A stretch of DNA of 64,000 nucleotides from Candidatus Uhrbacteria bacterium. Lineage in GTDB: Bacteria > Patescibacteriota > Patescibacteriia > UBA9934 > UBA10169. The notes under the pieces were generated by a model that did not search any database, was not told the DNA's origin, and saw only the letters and a list, made by a program, of their open reading frames with translations. Position 1 is the first letter of the stretch; every line of letters begins with the position of its first letter. The stretch lies in assembly GCA_016187485.1 (NCBI GenBank), contig JACPJO010000002.1, forward strand, positions 27,912 through 91,911, written 5' to 3'. The translations under genes and the position numbers were made by a program. This document shows, piece after piece, positions 46,319 through 56,686 of the stretch.

Positions 46319-47646
46319 GAGCGCTCATCTCTCTGCTTTTCTTTCTCTCCTTCGCCCTGCCCGTGCAGGCGGCGGATCCGGCAGGGACTTGCCGGTGTTG
46401 GTGCGGGTCGACCGCGGGCGCTATTGAGTATGGCGTGTATCGTCCGGATGAAACGGAGTGTTTGAACCTCTGCAAGAGCATCAACCAGAGGTACTTGGGT
46501 TGTGTTGCGGAGGAAGACATTTCTCCTTTGGAGAACCTACGCTGTTGGTCTGCGCAAGAGTGCACACAAACCAATGCGGCGACGGGGAATCCGTCGGGAA
46601 TTTTTGATGATACACAGCCAACCGAATGCATGCCCGGATTCCGTTACTGTTTTCCCTATCCCGAACCGATTCCTCTTAGCGTGCATTTTGGGGACAAGAC
46701 GTTTGTTTATGGGATTGGCGGGTACACCGCGACCGTGTATCGCTGGCTTATAGGCGCTGCAGCTGTCTTTGCTGTCATCATGCTCATGGCAGGCGGCATA
46801 CAATATATGCTGGCGGGCGGGAGCGGGAACGTAAAAGAAGCGAAGGATCGCATGAAAAACGCCATCATCGGTTTTGTCATTCTTCTTTCAAGCTATCTCT
46901 TATTGCTCACGGTAAATCCGCAAACGTTATCCTTGCGCTTACCGTCTTTGCCGAAAATCCGCCCGCTCATCGTCGCAGACGGGAACCAGTCATGCGAGGC
47001 GTACCAGAATGCCAAATACCACGTGGAGGTAAACGGGAGCCAATTTTTCAGCGGGCTGTCTTGTGGCAGAAAAGGATCGGTAACGAAAGGACCCGACGGC
47101 GCGCAGCTTTCAGAGGAGACATCGTGTTTTTTCCGCGCGTGTACGCAAGCATCCATGACGGCAGCGGGGGAGACCTGTGCGATCGATACGACCGAAGAGA
47201 CCGGCTCGTGCATGACATGCGCGGATATTACGGCTGGCCAGACGGCAACACCGGGAGTGCTTGCCTCTCCCTCGTTGTGCAGCGGTTTATCGCAACTCGC
47301 CGGAGGATCGGGAAGCCGAGAACTTTGCCTCTATGTCCCCGCCGCTCCCGAGGAGAAGTTTCCGGACGGGTATTGCGGAAGTTTGACGCTCGACTGCAAC
47401 GCCATTGAAGACTGCGAAGATTACGGAGACCTCGTCCCGTACAATTCTGTGGTAGAACAGGTGGTGTCTACGCATACAGCCGTTACTATTGCCGCTGACC
47501 TTGAGGGCCTTTCAGAAAAAACGGGGCGCGAGGGAGAACCGCTTGCCGGTGTGTGCACAGACGATCCGTGCAACCTTGCGGCGGAAGGAAAACGCTGTGG
47601 CGTGCGCGTGACAGGGAATGATGTTTCGTGCGTCACAAATCCCTGA
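46315..47646 (+). CDS. Secreted Cys-rich protein with central two-TM hairpin (TrbC/VirB2-pilin-like core)
   Basis: Signal peptide MRALISLLFFLSFALPVQA. The Cys-rich N-domain has about 12 Cys. Two hydrophobic helices are separated by a short basic loop (WLIGAAAVFAVIMLMAGGIQYMLAGGSGNVKEAKDRMKNAIIGFVILLSSYLLLLTV). The Cys-rich C-domain has about 16 Cys. Confidence 0.45.
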   Translation: MRALISLLFFLSFALPVQAADPAGTCRCWCGSTAGAIEYGVYRPDETECLNLCKSINQRYLGCVAEEDISPLENLRCWSAQECTQTNAATGNPSGIFDDTQPTECMPGFRYCFPYPEPIPLSVHFGDKTFVYGIGGYTATVYRWLIGAAAVFAVIMLMAGGIQYMLAGGSGNVKEAKDRMKNAIIGFVILLSSYLLLLTVNPQTLSLRLPSLPKIRPLIVADGNQSCEAYQNAKYHVEVNGSQFFSGLSCGRKGSVTKGPDGAQLSEETSCFFRACTQASMTAAGETCAIDTTEETGSCMTCADITAGQTATPGVLASPSLCSGLSQLAGGSGSRELCLYVPAAPEEKFPDGYCGSLTLDCNAIEDCEDYGDLVPYNSVVEQVVSTHTAVTIAADLEGLSEKTGREGEPLAGVCTDDPCNLAAEGKRCGVRVTGNDVSCVTNP

Positions 47647-47727
47647 GAGGGACCGGCTCTTGCCAGAAAGAAAATTGTTTGTTATCGTTGCGGGCGATTT
47701 TCGTTTGCCTTTTGTTTTCCTTGTTAC

Positions 47728-50592
47728 ATGGCCCAAGAGTATCTGCGCGTCCGTGGCGCGCGTGTGCACAATCTCAAAAATGTTTCCGTGGATATTCCCA
47801 AAAAGACGCTTACGGTTCTTACGGGCTTGTCGGGGTCGGGGAAGTCATCTCTTGCGTTTGATACGATCCACGCGGAGGGCCAGCGCCGCTATATGGAGTC
47901 GCTCTCCAGCTATGCGCGCCAGTTTTTAGAAATGCAGGATCGGCCGGACGTAGACGAGATCACGGGTCTTTCGCCCACGGTAGCGATTGACCAGAAGTCA
48001 TCTTCGCACAACCCGCGTTCCACGGTGGGGACCGTGACCGAGATCTATGATTATTTGCGCGTGCTCTTTGCGCGTGCAGGCGAATCGTTCTGTCCTGTCT
48101 GCCGTGTACCGGTGGAAGAGCAGACTCTTGCGGCCATGGCGGTGCGTACGCAGTCCTTGCTTGGCACGCACGAGGTTCTCGTGCTGGCTCCACTCGTGCG
48201 CTCGATGCCCGGCGAACACAAACAGGTGCTTGTGGCGGCGCAAGCGGCAGGATTTGCACAAGCGCGCTATGACGGGTTTTTGACGGATCTCGATGAACTT
48301 GTTGCCATTCGTAAAGACAAAAAGAAGCCGCACACCATCGAAGCTGTTGTCGCCGTGTTTTCTCCGGAAGACGTCCCTGCGCCGGAGCGTGTTCGCGATG
48401 TTCTGAAGCGCGCTCTGGAGTACGGCAATGGCCTTGTTCTTCTTGTTGATAACGAAACGGGGGATGAAACTCTCTTATCGCAAGCGCTTGCCTGCCCTTC
48501 GTGTGGACTCAATCTCCCGAAACCCGAGCCGCGTCTTTTCAGTTTTAATTCGCCCTCTGGTGCATGCGCCTCGTGCATGGGGCTTGGTATTAAGTTAGTT
48601 CTTGAGGAAGATCTTGTTATTCCCAACCGTCGTCTTACCTTTGCCGAAGGGGCGATCAAACCCTGGACACGCATTGCGGGAAATCAAACGAGCCATGTGC
48701 GTTTATTGGAACAGGTCGGGGAGCGGCACGGGTTTTCTACGCACATGCCGGTCGTGAAAATTCCTCGCAAGACGATGGAGCTTGTCTGGAGAGGGACCGG
48801 AGAGGAAACCTATAATTTGGACGGAGCGTCGGTCACCTTTCCCGGTATTTTAGTGCAGCTTGAAGAAAAGTATCGGACCACCGAATCAGATTATGTGCGC
48901 CACGAGCTTGAAAGTTACATGCGCACGATGATCTGTGGCGCCTGTGACGGCAAGCGCTTGAAGCCCGAAATGCTTGCCGTGCGTGTACTTGGGTATTCTA
49001 TCGGGGACCTTGTTGGACTCCCTCTAGAGGACCTCAAGCTGTTTTTTGAAAAGCCGTCTGCTCTGGCGGGAGCTTCCCCTTCAGCAAAAGTTTTTTCGAA
49101 AGACCAAAAGCAGATTTTTGAAACTGTGCAGAAAGATGTACTCGAACGTTTGCGCCACATGAACCAAGTGGGTCTGGGCTATCTTACGCTCGATCGTTCG
49201 GCGATTTCCCTTTCGGGCGGAGAGTCTCAACGCATGCGGCTAGCGACCCAGCTCTCGGCGTCGCTTTCCGGGATCATTTATATTTTGGACGAGCCGTCTA
49301 TCGGGCTCCACCCTCGTGATAACGATGCGCTCATAGAGACGATGAAGACGCTACGCGATGCAGGGAACACTGTTCTGGTCGTGGAGCATGATGCGGCCAT
49401 GATGCGTGCGGCAGATCATATTATTGATGTGGGTCCCGGTGCCGGAGAATACGGCGGCGAGATTGTCGCGAAAGGAACGTCGGCAGAGATTAAACGCAAG
49501 AAAGAATCGCTGACCGGCCAATATCTTGCGGGAAAAAAGACCGTCGGATTCCCCAAGCGCTATCGAGCAGGAAATCGTAAAAAAATTACCATCGAAGGCG
49601 CCACGGCGCACAACCTTCAAAATATTACCGTTTCGATTCCGCTTGGCACGCTCACGTGCGTCACGGGGGTTTCCGGTTCCGGAAAGTCCACGCTTATTTT
49701 AGATATTCTCGGCAACGCTCTTTCGCAGAAGTTCTATCGAGCAAAGGAAGAACCGGGAGAGCATAAGGCGCTTCGCGGCGTTGAACACATTGATAAGGTT
49801 GTTATGGTAGATCAATCTCCCATTGGACGCACGCCGCGCTCGAATCCCGCAACGTATACGACCGTGTTTACCGCGATTCGTGACTTGTTCACGGAAGTGC
49901 CGGAAGCAAAAATCCGCAATTTTGATGCAGGGAAGTTCAGTTTTAACGTGAAAGGAGGCGGGCGGTGCGAGGCCTGCGGAGGAGACGGCATGCGCCGCAT
50001 CGAAATGCAATTCATGCCGGACGTCTATGTGGAGTGTACAGAGTGTCACGGGCGCCGATATAACGAAGAGGCGCTTGAGATTCACTACAAGCAGAAAAAT
50101 ATTGCAGACGTTCTGGACATGACGGTGGAGGAGGCGCGGCGATTCTTTGCCGACAAAGAGGCCATTTTTGAAAAACTTGATGTGCTGCACCGTGTGGGAC
50201 TTGGGTACTTGAAGCTGGGACAACCGGCTACGACCCTATCGGGCGGGGAGGCGCAGCGCGTTAAGCTCTCTACGGAACTTTCCCGCCGGGCCACGGGGCG
50301 CACGCTCTATATTTTAGACGAGCCGACGACAGGACTGCACTTCGAGGACATCAAACGTCTGCTGGGCATCCTTCACATGCTGGTGGAGAAGGGGAACACC
50401 GTGCTTCTTATTGAACACAACTTGGACGTGATCGCTTCTTCTGACTGGGTGGTCGATATGGGGCCCGAAGGGGGGGCAAAAGGGGGGGAAATTATTGCTA
50501 CCGGAACACCGAGAGACGTGGCGAAGATGCGGGAGAGCAAGACGGGACAATATCTCAAAGAGCTTTTCTCAAAGAAGCGGAAAAATAGCTAA
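47728..50592 (+). CDS. uvrA: Excinuclease ABC subunit A
   Basis: Two ABC modules ([12 protein letters not shown] and [11 protein letters not shown] Walker A, LSGGE signatures) and zinc-finger CxxC pairs. 954 aa. Confidence 0.95.
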   Translation: MAQEYLRVRGARVHNLKNVSVDIPKKTLTVLTGLSGSGKSSLAFDTIHAEGQRRYMESLSSYARQFLEMQDRPDVDEITGLSPTVAIDQKSSSHNPRSTVGTVTEIYDYLRVLFARAGESFCPVCRVPVEEQTLAAMAVRTQSLLGTHEVLVLAPLVRSMPGEHKQVLVAAQAAGFAQARYDGFLTDLDELVAIRKDKKKPHTIEAVVAVFSPEDVPAPERVRDVLKRALEYGNGLVLLVDNETGDETLLSQALACPSCGLNLPKPEPRLFSFNSPSGACASCMGLGIKLVLEEDLVIPNRRLTFAEGAIKPWTRIAGNQTSHVRLLEQVGERHGFSTHMPVVKIPRKTMELVWRGTGEETYNLDGASVTFPGILVQLEEKYRTTESDYVRHELESYMRTMICGACDGKRLKPEMLAVRVLGYSIGDLVGLPLEDLKLFFEKPSALAGASPSAKVFSKDQKQIFETVQKDVLERLRHMNQVGLGYLTLDRSAISLSGGESQRMRLATQLSASLSGIIYILDEPSIGLHPRDNDALIETMKTLRDAGNTVLVVEHDAAMMRAADHIIDVGPGAGEYGGEIVAKGTSAEIKRKKESLTGQYLAGKKTVGFPKRYRAGNRKKITIEGATAHNLQNITVSIPLGTLTCVTGVSGSGKSTLILDILGNALSQKFYRAKEEPGEHKALRGVEHIDKVVMVDQSPIGRTPRSNPATYTTVFTAIRDLFTEVPEAKIRNFDAGKFSFNVKGGGRCEACGGDGMRRIEMQFMPDVYVECTECHGRRYNEEALEIHYKQKNIADVLDMTVEEARRFFADKEAIFEKLDVLHRVGLGYLKLGQPATTLSGGEAQRVKLSTELSRRATGRTLYILDEPTTGLHFEDIKRLLGILHMLVEKGNTVLLIEHNLDVIASSDWVVDMGPEGGAKGGEIIATGTPRDVAKMRESKTGQYLKELFSKKRKNS

Positions 50593-50648
50593 GGATAGCT
50601 ATTTTTTCTTTAGGCTTCTATAGTAGCCATTGACAAAAAGCCCTAATT

Positions 50649-52382
50649 TTGCTATTTTCCCCTCTTATGAAAAAGACATTTCTCGCCGTTATTCTTGTGG
50701 CCATCTTGCTGCCCGCGGGCATTGGTCGTGCAGATAACCCCACTTGGCAGGTTTTAACTGCCACGGATGTATGGGATCGTGGAACACACCGCGTGGAGCG
50801 TTTGGATCTCCCGCGCATTGTGGAAGGTCCCCTCAACTTGGGTGACAATGTGGTTGTACAGACTGTTGCTTCCAGTTGTGTGAGTGCTGCCTGCGATGAA
50901 CGCGATGCCTATATTCTTCGCAACGGCTCGGCCATCCGCGTGCCTAACGTGCCCAAGAGCGCGCTTTCGCTTGCAGAGTTTAATGCGAACGGCGGGCGTG
51001 TTGTGTGGGCGGTGCCGGTGCCTTCGGACACGGGTCGTTGGGATGTGATTGAACTGGATCTTGCCAGCGGACAAAAAGTAAAAATCGCCGGGAACTTTTT
51101 CCTCGGCAATGTGGAAACCATGAAAGTTCGTGTGGCGGACGGAGAGATTTTCCTGAATCCTACGTTCATTTCTGGCGGAAATACCTTCAAGAACGCTGGG
51201 GTGTTCCGCTATGATCGTGCGCGCGGCGATGTGGTGAATGTTACACAGCGCTTCAACGCTCAGCACGAGGAACTTCTCGACGTGGATCTTGCCAACAACC
51301 GTATTCTCACGAAGATGTCGTTTGCCTCTGGGGAGAAACAACTTTGGCTTACCAAAATCACCTCGGAATATTTGAATGGCGAAGCCAACCGTATCATCGG
51401 CACATGGACGCCGGCGCATGAGGACCTTGTAGGCGGACACTTCCGTCCAGATGGTTCGGTCGAATACTTCCGCATGTACACGCGCAGCCTTTCTTCGACG
51501 AACGGGGTCGTGGATACATTCCAGACAACGGCGCTTGGCGAGCAGATGTCGTGGTACCGTCCGGCAAGCGATGCCGTCACTATTTCTGGTGACAACATGG
51601 TGTGGATCAACAATGATAATGAGCTTACCGTTTCCAATGAACAGTTCGGCACGATCCGTGTGGGCACTATTGGTCCGCGCGCGCCGCGTGTCGTTGGGAC
51701 AGATGTGTACTTTGCCACGCCCGAGGGCATGGGAATGGTCTATCGTCTCAAAGATGGAGTGAGCACGCTTCTTGATTACATGCCGACGGATCGCTTCAAA
51801 GTGGCGATGGTGGGTGTGGACGAGGCGGGAACAGTTCGTTTTGGCTCTACAAAGAACCCCGACGAGTCCATTTCGATGGGCGTGGGAACGGATGCGGCCC
51901 TTTCTGATGAGCGCCATGTCTATTGGCGCGGCGTGGACGGAGCGATCTACGAAGCAACGCTCTCGACAGATCCAGGCGTAAGCACAACGGGAAAGATGGA
52001 GGCCGTGAAAGTGGAGAACAATCCGACGGTGTTTCTGACCGATGGCGTGAATCGCTGGACCTTCACGAATGAGGATGTCTATCGTACGTGGTTTGACTCT
52101 ATGGACACGGTAAAGACGATCTCTGCGACACGACTTGCATACTTGCGTGATCGCGGCACGGCACAATTTGCGCCGGGCACAAAAGTAAAAGCAAAAGATG
52201 ACGCGCGTCTGTATGTGGTCGGCCGGGACAATAAGGCCCACTGGATCGTGAACGAGACGGTTGCCGATGCCGTGTTTGGATCCTCGTGGAACAAGGACGT
52301 CAAAGAAATTGATACCGCGGCGATGGTTTCCTACCAACAGGGCCGCACCATTGATGACGCTCTCGATATTGACCTGATCTAA
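50649..52382 (+). CDS. Secreted hypothetical protein (577 aa)
   Basis: Signal peptide MKKTFLAVILVAILLPAGIGRA. Beta-rich with no recognised motif. A candidate promoter TTGACA-17-TATTTT sits at about 50631..50659. Confidence 0.45.
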   Translation: MLFSPLMKKTFLAVILVAILLPAGIGRADNPTWQVLTATDVWDRGTHRVERLDLPRIVEGPLNLGDNVVVQTVASSCVSAACDERDAYILRNGSAIRVPNVPKSALSLAEFNANGGRVVWAVPVPSDTGRWDVIELDLASGQKVKIAGNFFLGNVETMKVRVADGEIFLNPTFISGGNTFKNAGVFRYDRARGDVVNVTQRFNAQHEELLDVDLANNRILTKMSFASGEKQLWLTKITSEYLNGEANRIIGTWTPAHEDLVGGHFRPDGSVEYFRMYTRSLSSTNGVVDTFQTTALGEQMSWYRPASDAVTISGDNMVWINNDNELTVSNEQFGTIRVGTIGPRAPRVVGTDVYFATPEGMGMVYRLKDGVSTLLDYMPTDRFKVAMVGVDEAGTVRFGSTKNPDESISMGVGTDAALSDERHVYWRGVDGAIYEATLSTDPGVSTTGKMEAVKVENNPTVFLTDGVNRWTFTNEDVYRTWFDSMDTVKTISATRLAYLRDRGTAQFAPGTKVKAKDDARLYVVGRDNKAHWIVNETVADAVFGSSWNKDVKEIDTAAMVSYQQGRTIDDALDIDLI

Positions 52383-52405
52383 AAACGGAAAAAGAAAAAA
52401 GGGCC

Positions 52406-52873
52406 TTAGAGGCTCTTTTTTCGTTCACGCAAGGCGCGCTTGAGACGAGAAGTCGGGCGTCCTTCCTTAAGGCGCGGACGCAGGAAGGAAAGTTTTGCGC
52501 GCCGGACCTTCATGGTTTTGAGTATCTCGACTTTTTCTATTGTAGGAACCGCAAGGGGGTAAATTTTCTCCACCCCATACCCTTTGCTGACTTTACGCAC
52601 TGTCATGGTGCGACCGATACCGGATCCGCCAAGTGCGACGACGGTCCCTTCAAACACCTGGACACGGACACGCTCTTCGCCGGAGGGAGTGACGTCTTTG
52701 ATTTTTTCGTGCACGCGGATAATCATGCCGGGGCGCAGATCGCGGTGCAAACGATCACGCTTCACTTCTTCCACGACTACGGGCTCGGCCGGTGTCTCTT
52801 CCTCTTGGGCTTCCGTCGGCGCCTGAACGGGGGTCTCAACCTCCGTCTGTGGGTCTTGTCCTTCGTCTGTCAT
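52406..52873 (-). CDS. rplS: 50S ribosomal protein L19 with acidic N-terminal extension
   Basis: RVQVFEGTVVALGGSGIGRTMTVRKVSKGYGVEKIYPLAVPTIEKVEI...VRRAKLSFLR matches the bL19 core. Confidence 0.8.
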   Translation of the reverse strand: MTDEGQDPQTEVETPVQAPTEAQEEETPAEPVVVEEVKRDRLHRDLRPGMIIRVHEKIKDVTPSGEERVRVQVFEGTVVALGGSGIGRTMTVRKVSKGYGVEKIYPLAVPTIEKVEILKTMKVRRAKLSFLRPRLKEGRPTSRLKRALRERKKSL

Positions 52874-52958
52874 AGACAGAAAATTTACGAGAGGATCACG
52901 TTCCGTTCCTGCGGCGGATCAGTGATCGTCGGTTATAAAGTGCGAGGAGTGTAAGAAA

Positions 52959-53348
52959 TCAGCCGCGAATTGTCAACCAGCCGCGCCAATTTTTCGGCCA
53001 ACCCTGCAAGAGGGTAAGGGCGAGAGGCGCGCCCCAATTTGCCCACCGTTCCACGAAATCCCACACCGGCTCGCCCACGATGGGGCGCAAAAGCGCCGTC
53101 CAGAATCCCCAGGCGGCTGCCCAGAGGAGGGCCAGACGGATGGGATAGAAGAGAACCAGGATGGCAATAAGGACGTCCAGAGCGCCCACATAGGTGACGA
53201 TCTGTGCTGACGTCTCGATACTCGTACCGAGGATTTGAGACACCCAGCCGTTCCATGCCTCTTTACCCAGAAGGCCGAACATGCCATGACCCAGGAATTC
53301 TCCCGCCACGGCGACACGCAGAATCCACTCAAGGAGAGATGGTTTCAT
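52959..53348 (-). CDS. Small integral membrane protein (DoxX-like, four TM)
   Basis: 129 aa with four hydrophobic segments. No catalytic motif. Confidence 0.4.
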   Translation of the reverse strand: MKPSLLEWILRVAVAGEFLGHGMFGLLGKEAWNGWVSQILGTSIETSAQIVTYVGALDVLIAILVLFYPIRLALLWAAAWGFWTALLRPIVGEPVWDFVERWANWGAPLALTLLQGWPKNWRGWLTIRG

Positions 53349-53384
53349 AAAAAAATTGGATATACTATAGTACGACTCATTCGC

Positions 53385-53459
53385 AGGCCCGTAGCTCAGC
53401 GGTAGAGCATCGAGCTTATACCTCGACGGTCGCTGGTTCGATCCCAGCCGGGCCTACCA
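53385..53459 (+). tRNA. tRNA-Ile with genomically encoded UAU anticodon (AUA-decoding), CCA encoded
   Basis: AGGCCCG TA GCTC AGCGGTA GAGC A TCGAG CTTATAC CTCGA CGGTC GCTGG TTCGATC CCAGC CGGGCCT A CCA. Acceptor stem perfect, U8/A9 present, anticodon positions 34-36 read TAT. Confidence 0.75.
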
Positions 53460-53482
53460 AGATGCCCTGAAATCTACTCTGC

Positions 53483-54202
53483 ATGAACAGAAAAATCAAT
53501 CTCCAGATTCTGTATGAAGATGCCGATATTGTTGTCGTGAACAAGCCGGCCGGTCTTTTAGTCCACCGCATACACGAGGATGACACAATGCCAAACGTTG
53601 CGGATCTGCTAGCGGAGAAGTTTCCTTCCCTGCGTACGGTGGGGGACCGGCCGGATCTCCGTCCGGGTATTGTGCACCGACTTGATAAAGAGGCCTCCGG
53701 GATTCTTGTCGTTGCAAAAACACAAGCGGCCTTCACGCATCTCAAAGAGCAATTTAAAACACGAACGGTGGAAAAATTTTACAACGTGCTGGTGTATGGG
53801 AAGGTTTCCAAAGATGTAGGAGATATTCATTTCCGCCTGTCGCGATCCAAAAAGACGGGACGCATGGCAGCTCTTCCCAAAGATGCTTCTCTGGGGCGCG
53901 AAGCGCATACGGAGTATGAGGTCATGGCACGGTATGCCACGGCAACACTTCTACGCATCCAGATTCATACAGGCCGCACGCATCAAATTCGCTCGCACAT
54001 GCTGGCTCTTGGACACCCGGTTGTGGGCGACAAACTGTACCGACGCGGACATATGCGGCATATTCGCCCCATAGAAACAGACCATCTTTTTCTCCATGCA
54101 GAAGAACTCTCCATCGACCTTCCCTCTGGTTTGCGCAAAACATTCCATGCGGAACTCCCCAAAGAACTTGAGGCCATTTTGCAATCTCTCCACAAAGTAT
54201 GA
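53483..54202 (+). CDS. RluA-family pseudouridine synthase (no S4 domain)
   Basis: Catalytic motif HRLDKEASGILVVAKT and the downstream QIRSHM/HQIR motif. Confidence 0.8.
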   Translation: MNRKINLQILYEDADIVVVNKPAGLLVHRIHEDDTMPNVADLLAEKFPSLRTVGDRPDLRPGIVHRLDKEASGILVVAKTQAAFTHLKEQFKTRTVEKFYNVLVYGKVSKDVGDIHFRLSRSKKTGRMAALPKDASLGREAHTEYEVMARYATATLLRIQIHTGRTHQIRSHMLALGHPVVGDKLYRRGHMRHIRPIETDHLFLHAEELSIDLPSGLRKTFHAELPKELEAILQSLHKV

Positions 54203-54762
54203 AAGGCACCCTCTTTGTGTTGACAGGACCATCTGGAGTGGGGAAAACGAGCGTGGCTCGCGAGCTTTTGGCTCGCGAAGAGCGTCTGCGCCGAGTGATT
54301 ACATACACGACGCGCAGCTCTCGCCCGGGAGAAGTGGACGGGAGGGACTATCACTTTGTTTCACGATCTGAATTTGAGCGTATGGTTGCAGTGGGCGAGA
54401 TGCTTGAATGGGCGGACGTCTATGGGCATTTATACGGGCAAACGATTGCCGACGTGGAGCGAACATTAGGAGAAGGTCATGACGTGCTGTTGGTGCTTGA
54501 TCCGCAAGGAGCGAAGACGATTATGGAGAGCGGGCGGGGAGCCGTGTCATTTTTTCTTGATGCGCCAGATGAAGAAATCTTGGGGCGACTCAAGGGACGA
54601 GAGACGGATACCGAAGAGGTAATCGAGCGGCGTGCGCGCGCTCTGGCGTTTGATCGCTCCCACGCATCGTTTTGCTCGCATCGCATCCAAAACACGGAGG
54701 GCAAGATGGCAGAAGCGGTCGAAGCCATCTCTGGAATCATGTATAATGACCGTGCGTTATGA
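54199..54762 (+). CDS. gmk: Guanylate kinase
   Basis: P-loop LTGPSGVGKTS and TTRSSRPGEVDGRDYHFV. 187 aa. Confidence 0.8.
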   Translation: MKGTLFVLTGPSGVGKTSVARELLAREERLRRVITYTTRSSRPGEVDGRDYHFVSRSEFERMVAVGEMLEWADVYGHLYGQTIADVERTLGEGHDVLLVLDPQGAKTIMESGRGAVSFFLDAPDEEILGRLKGRETDTEEVIERRARALAFDRSHASFCSHRIQNTEGKMAEAVEAISGIMYNDRAL

Positions 54763-54926
54763 TCTACATGTCCATCGGTGTCGCCATTACGATATTTGCC
54801 ACGATCTTTTTAGTCTATGGCGTGAAGCATCATGATCGGGAAGTGTTGATGGGTTCCATTCCTGTTCTTGCCGTTGGGATTTTCGTGGTCATTCTCTCCT
54901 ACGTGGTGTTCCGGTCACAGCTATGA
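54759..54926 (+). CDS. Small two-TM membrane peptide (55 aa)
   Basis: MIYMSIGVAITIFATIFLVYGVKHHDREVLMGSIPVLAVGIFVVILSYVVFRSQL. Start overlaps the gmk stop (ATGA) and the stop overlaps the next ORF start. Below the ORF-track length cutoff. Confidence 0.3.
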   Translation: MIYMSIGVAITIFATIFLVYGVKHHDREVLMGSIPVLAVGIFVVILSYVVFRSQL

Positions 54927-55318
54927 CAAGTGACCTTTCGTATCTTCTCATCCTTGCCGTGCTGTGGTTTTTGTTCTATTGGGTGCTTGGCGGGGCGTTT
55001 TTTGCCGTCATGTCCGTCTTTCGGCTTGGACGTTTAAAGAAGGCGCGGTTCTCGTGCCTCTTTACGCTTTTTACTGCAGCCTCGGCATTCGGCGCCGCGT
55101 ATTTCGGTCTCCGATGGGCCAACGAATCCTCGCGTGAATGCATTTCCCTCGCTCAATCAAACCTCGAAGGATTTGTGGGATTCTTCGGGTGCAGTCTTGT
55201 CTCACTTACCATGAGTTTTCTGGCTGGTGCGCTTGCCGTCATCGTACTTGGGTGGCTTGCCATGGGACTTTCGTCACTCAAGATTCTTTTGCCAGGAGTT
55301 GATGAAGAGAAGGAATAG
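54923..55318 (+). CDS. Hypothetical integral membrane protein (131 aa, four TM)
   Basis: Highly hydrophobic with no motif. Confidence 0.4.
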   Translation: MTSDLSYLLILAVLWFLFYWVLGGAFFAVMSVFRLGRLKKARFSCLFTLFTAASAFGAAYFGLRWANESSRECISLAQSNLEGFVGFFGCSLVSLTMSFLAGALAVIVLGWLAMGLSSLKILLPGVDEEKE

Positions 55319-56504
55319 GTCTCCCATCAAGCTCCGCACTTCGCACCGTATCGAGCAGACGGCGGAATTCCGGGCCGGGGGAAAACCCTTGTGCCAGGAG
55401 ATCATCACCTGTGAGGATAGGAGGCAGAGCAGAAGCGCGGAAAACAGAAAGGAGCCGCTCGGCCGCGCGAGCGTTTTTTGTTTCTTGAAGAAAGGGGACG
55501 AGGAGGGCGCGATGGGGGAGGAATGTGCGTTCGATCTCGGCGGAAGAAAATTTCTGCAGGCCGTGTTGATGGACAAGAAGAGCGACACGAATCGCTTTTC
55601 GGTTGACGGCGAGGCGCCAGTGTTTCAACCACGCGTCATAGCGGGGAGGATCGGTGTCCTTTCCGCAGAGGGCAAAGATGAGCGTAGGGTCCGTGACAGA
55701 GGTTTTAGGTACTGCCAGAGGAAGGCCGTCCCAGAGGACTTTATTCACGTGAGCGAAGGTTAGTAGTTCGTAGGCGCGCGGAGGGTCTGCGACAAACATC
55801 CGGAGCAATTCTTGCCCGACCATCTGGTGCGCGACAAGGGGACGGCCGTGGGAGTCGGTGTGGGCCAAGCGTGGAGCGAGCGTCTCGATAGCGTGCCACG
55901 TTTTGGGTTCGATGGTTGCAGAAAGCGCGCAAGCAAAGCGGATGGCGCGCAGGATACGCGTGGAATCTTCCTTGAGTCGTGCGAGGGGGTCGCCTACGGC
56001 ACGAATGATGCGTGCCTTGAGGTCTTGTTCCCCGCCGCACGGGTCAATCAATGTCTCGGTACGCCATTCCCATGCCATCGCGTTGACGGTAAAGTCACGT
56101 CTACGCAGATCTTCCTCAATGGGAAGGAACGGATCGCTTTGCACGGAAAAATTTTTGTAGCCGCCGTCTTGTTGTGTGGAGATTTCTGTGCGCGGCAGGG
56201 CGATTTCTATTTTCGGATTACGCGGGTTGGCGTAGGGAATGAACCCGAACACGCCAAAACGGGAGCCCTCTAACTTTACGATGCCGTGCGATTGGAGCCA
56301 CTCCGCGAGATCCTTCATCAAAACGCCGGTGACGACAAGATCGAGGTCGTGAAGGGGGACGCCCCGCAAGGCATCACGTACCGCACCACCTACGACATAC
56401 ACGTTCGCAGAGGGGTAATGTTTGAGAAGCTCATCAACCCACACGAGCGCCGTGAGGTGCTTGAAAGGGAACAGACAGTGATTATTGGGATGTTGTAGGG
56501 GCAC
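55278..56504 (-). CDS. cca: tRNA nucleotidyltransferase / CCA-adding enzyme (class II polymerase-beta-type head)
   Basis: VYVVGGAVRDALRG...DLDLVV head-domain motifs, ...RDFTVNAMA... and the body domain. 408 aa. Confidence 0.65.
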   Translation of the reverse strand: MPLQHPNNHCLFPFKHLTALVWVDELLKHYPSANVYVVGGAVRDALRGVPLHDLDLVVTGVLMKDLAEWLQSHGIVKLEGSRFGVFGFIPYANPRNPKIEIALPRTEISTQQDGGYKNFSVQSDPFLPIEEDLRRRDFTVNAMAWEWRTETLIDPCGGEQDLKARIIRAVGDPLARLKEDSTRILRAIRFACALSATIEPKTWHAIETLAPRLAHTDSHGRPLVAHQMVGQELLRMFVADPPRAYELLTFAHVNKVLWDGLPLAVPKTSVTDPTLIFALCGKDTDPPRYDAWLKHWRLAVNRKAIRVALLVHQHGLQKFSSAEIERTFLPHRALLVPFLQETKNARAAERLLSVFRASALPPILTGDDLLAQGFSPGPEFRRLLDTVRSAELDGRPIPSLHQLLAKES

Positions 56505-56686
56505 AATTTTCGAAACGCACTTACCTATTTATGGGAAAAGATTTACGTGCACACTCCTGGGGCTATCATCATTATTTCCATTGGTTTATCACTAGTATCC
56601 TCGTTCGGTTATCATTATTATTCCCCATTGGTAGATTTTCATGATTACCTCACACAAGTGCCGATCGGCCCTTGCATGAAGTTTTG

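Noticed and set aside
50754-52337. 527-aa minus ORF
   Set aside because: Antisense to the 577-aa signal-peptide protein gene at 50649..52382. The plus frame has a canonical signal peptide and a promoter, while the minus frame is His/Arg-rich with no start context.
52381-52430. Terminator between the secreted-protein gene and rplS
   Set aside because: An A-run and a T-run flank GGGCCTTAGAGGCTC, but the stem is only about 4 bp (GCCT/AGGC). This is too weak to call.
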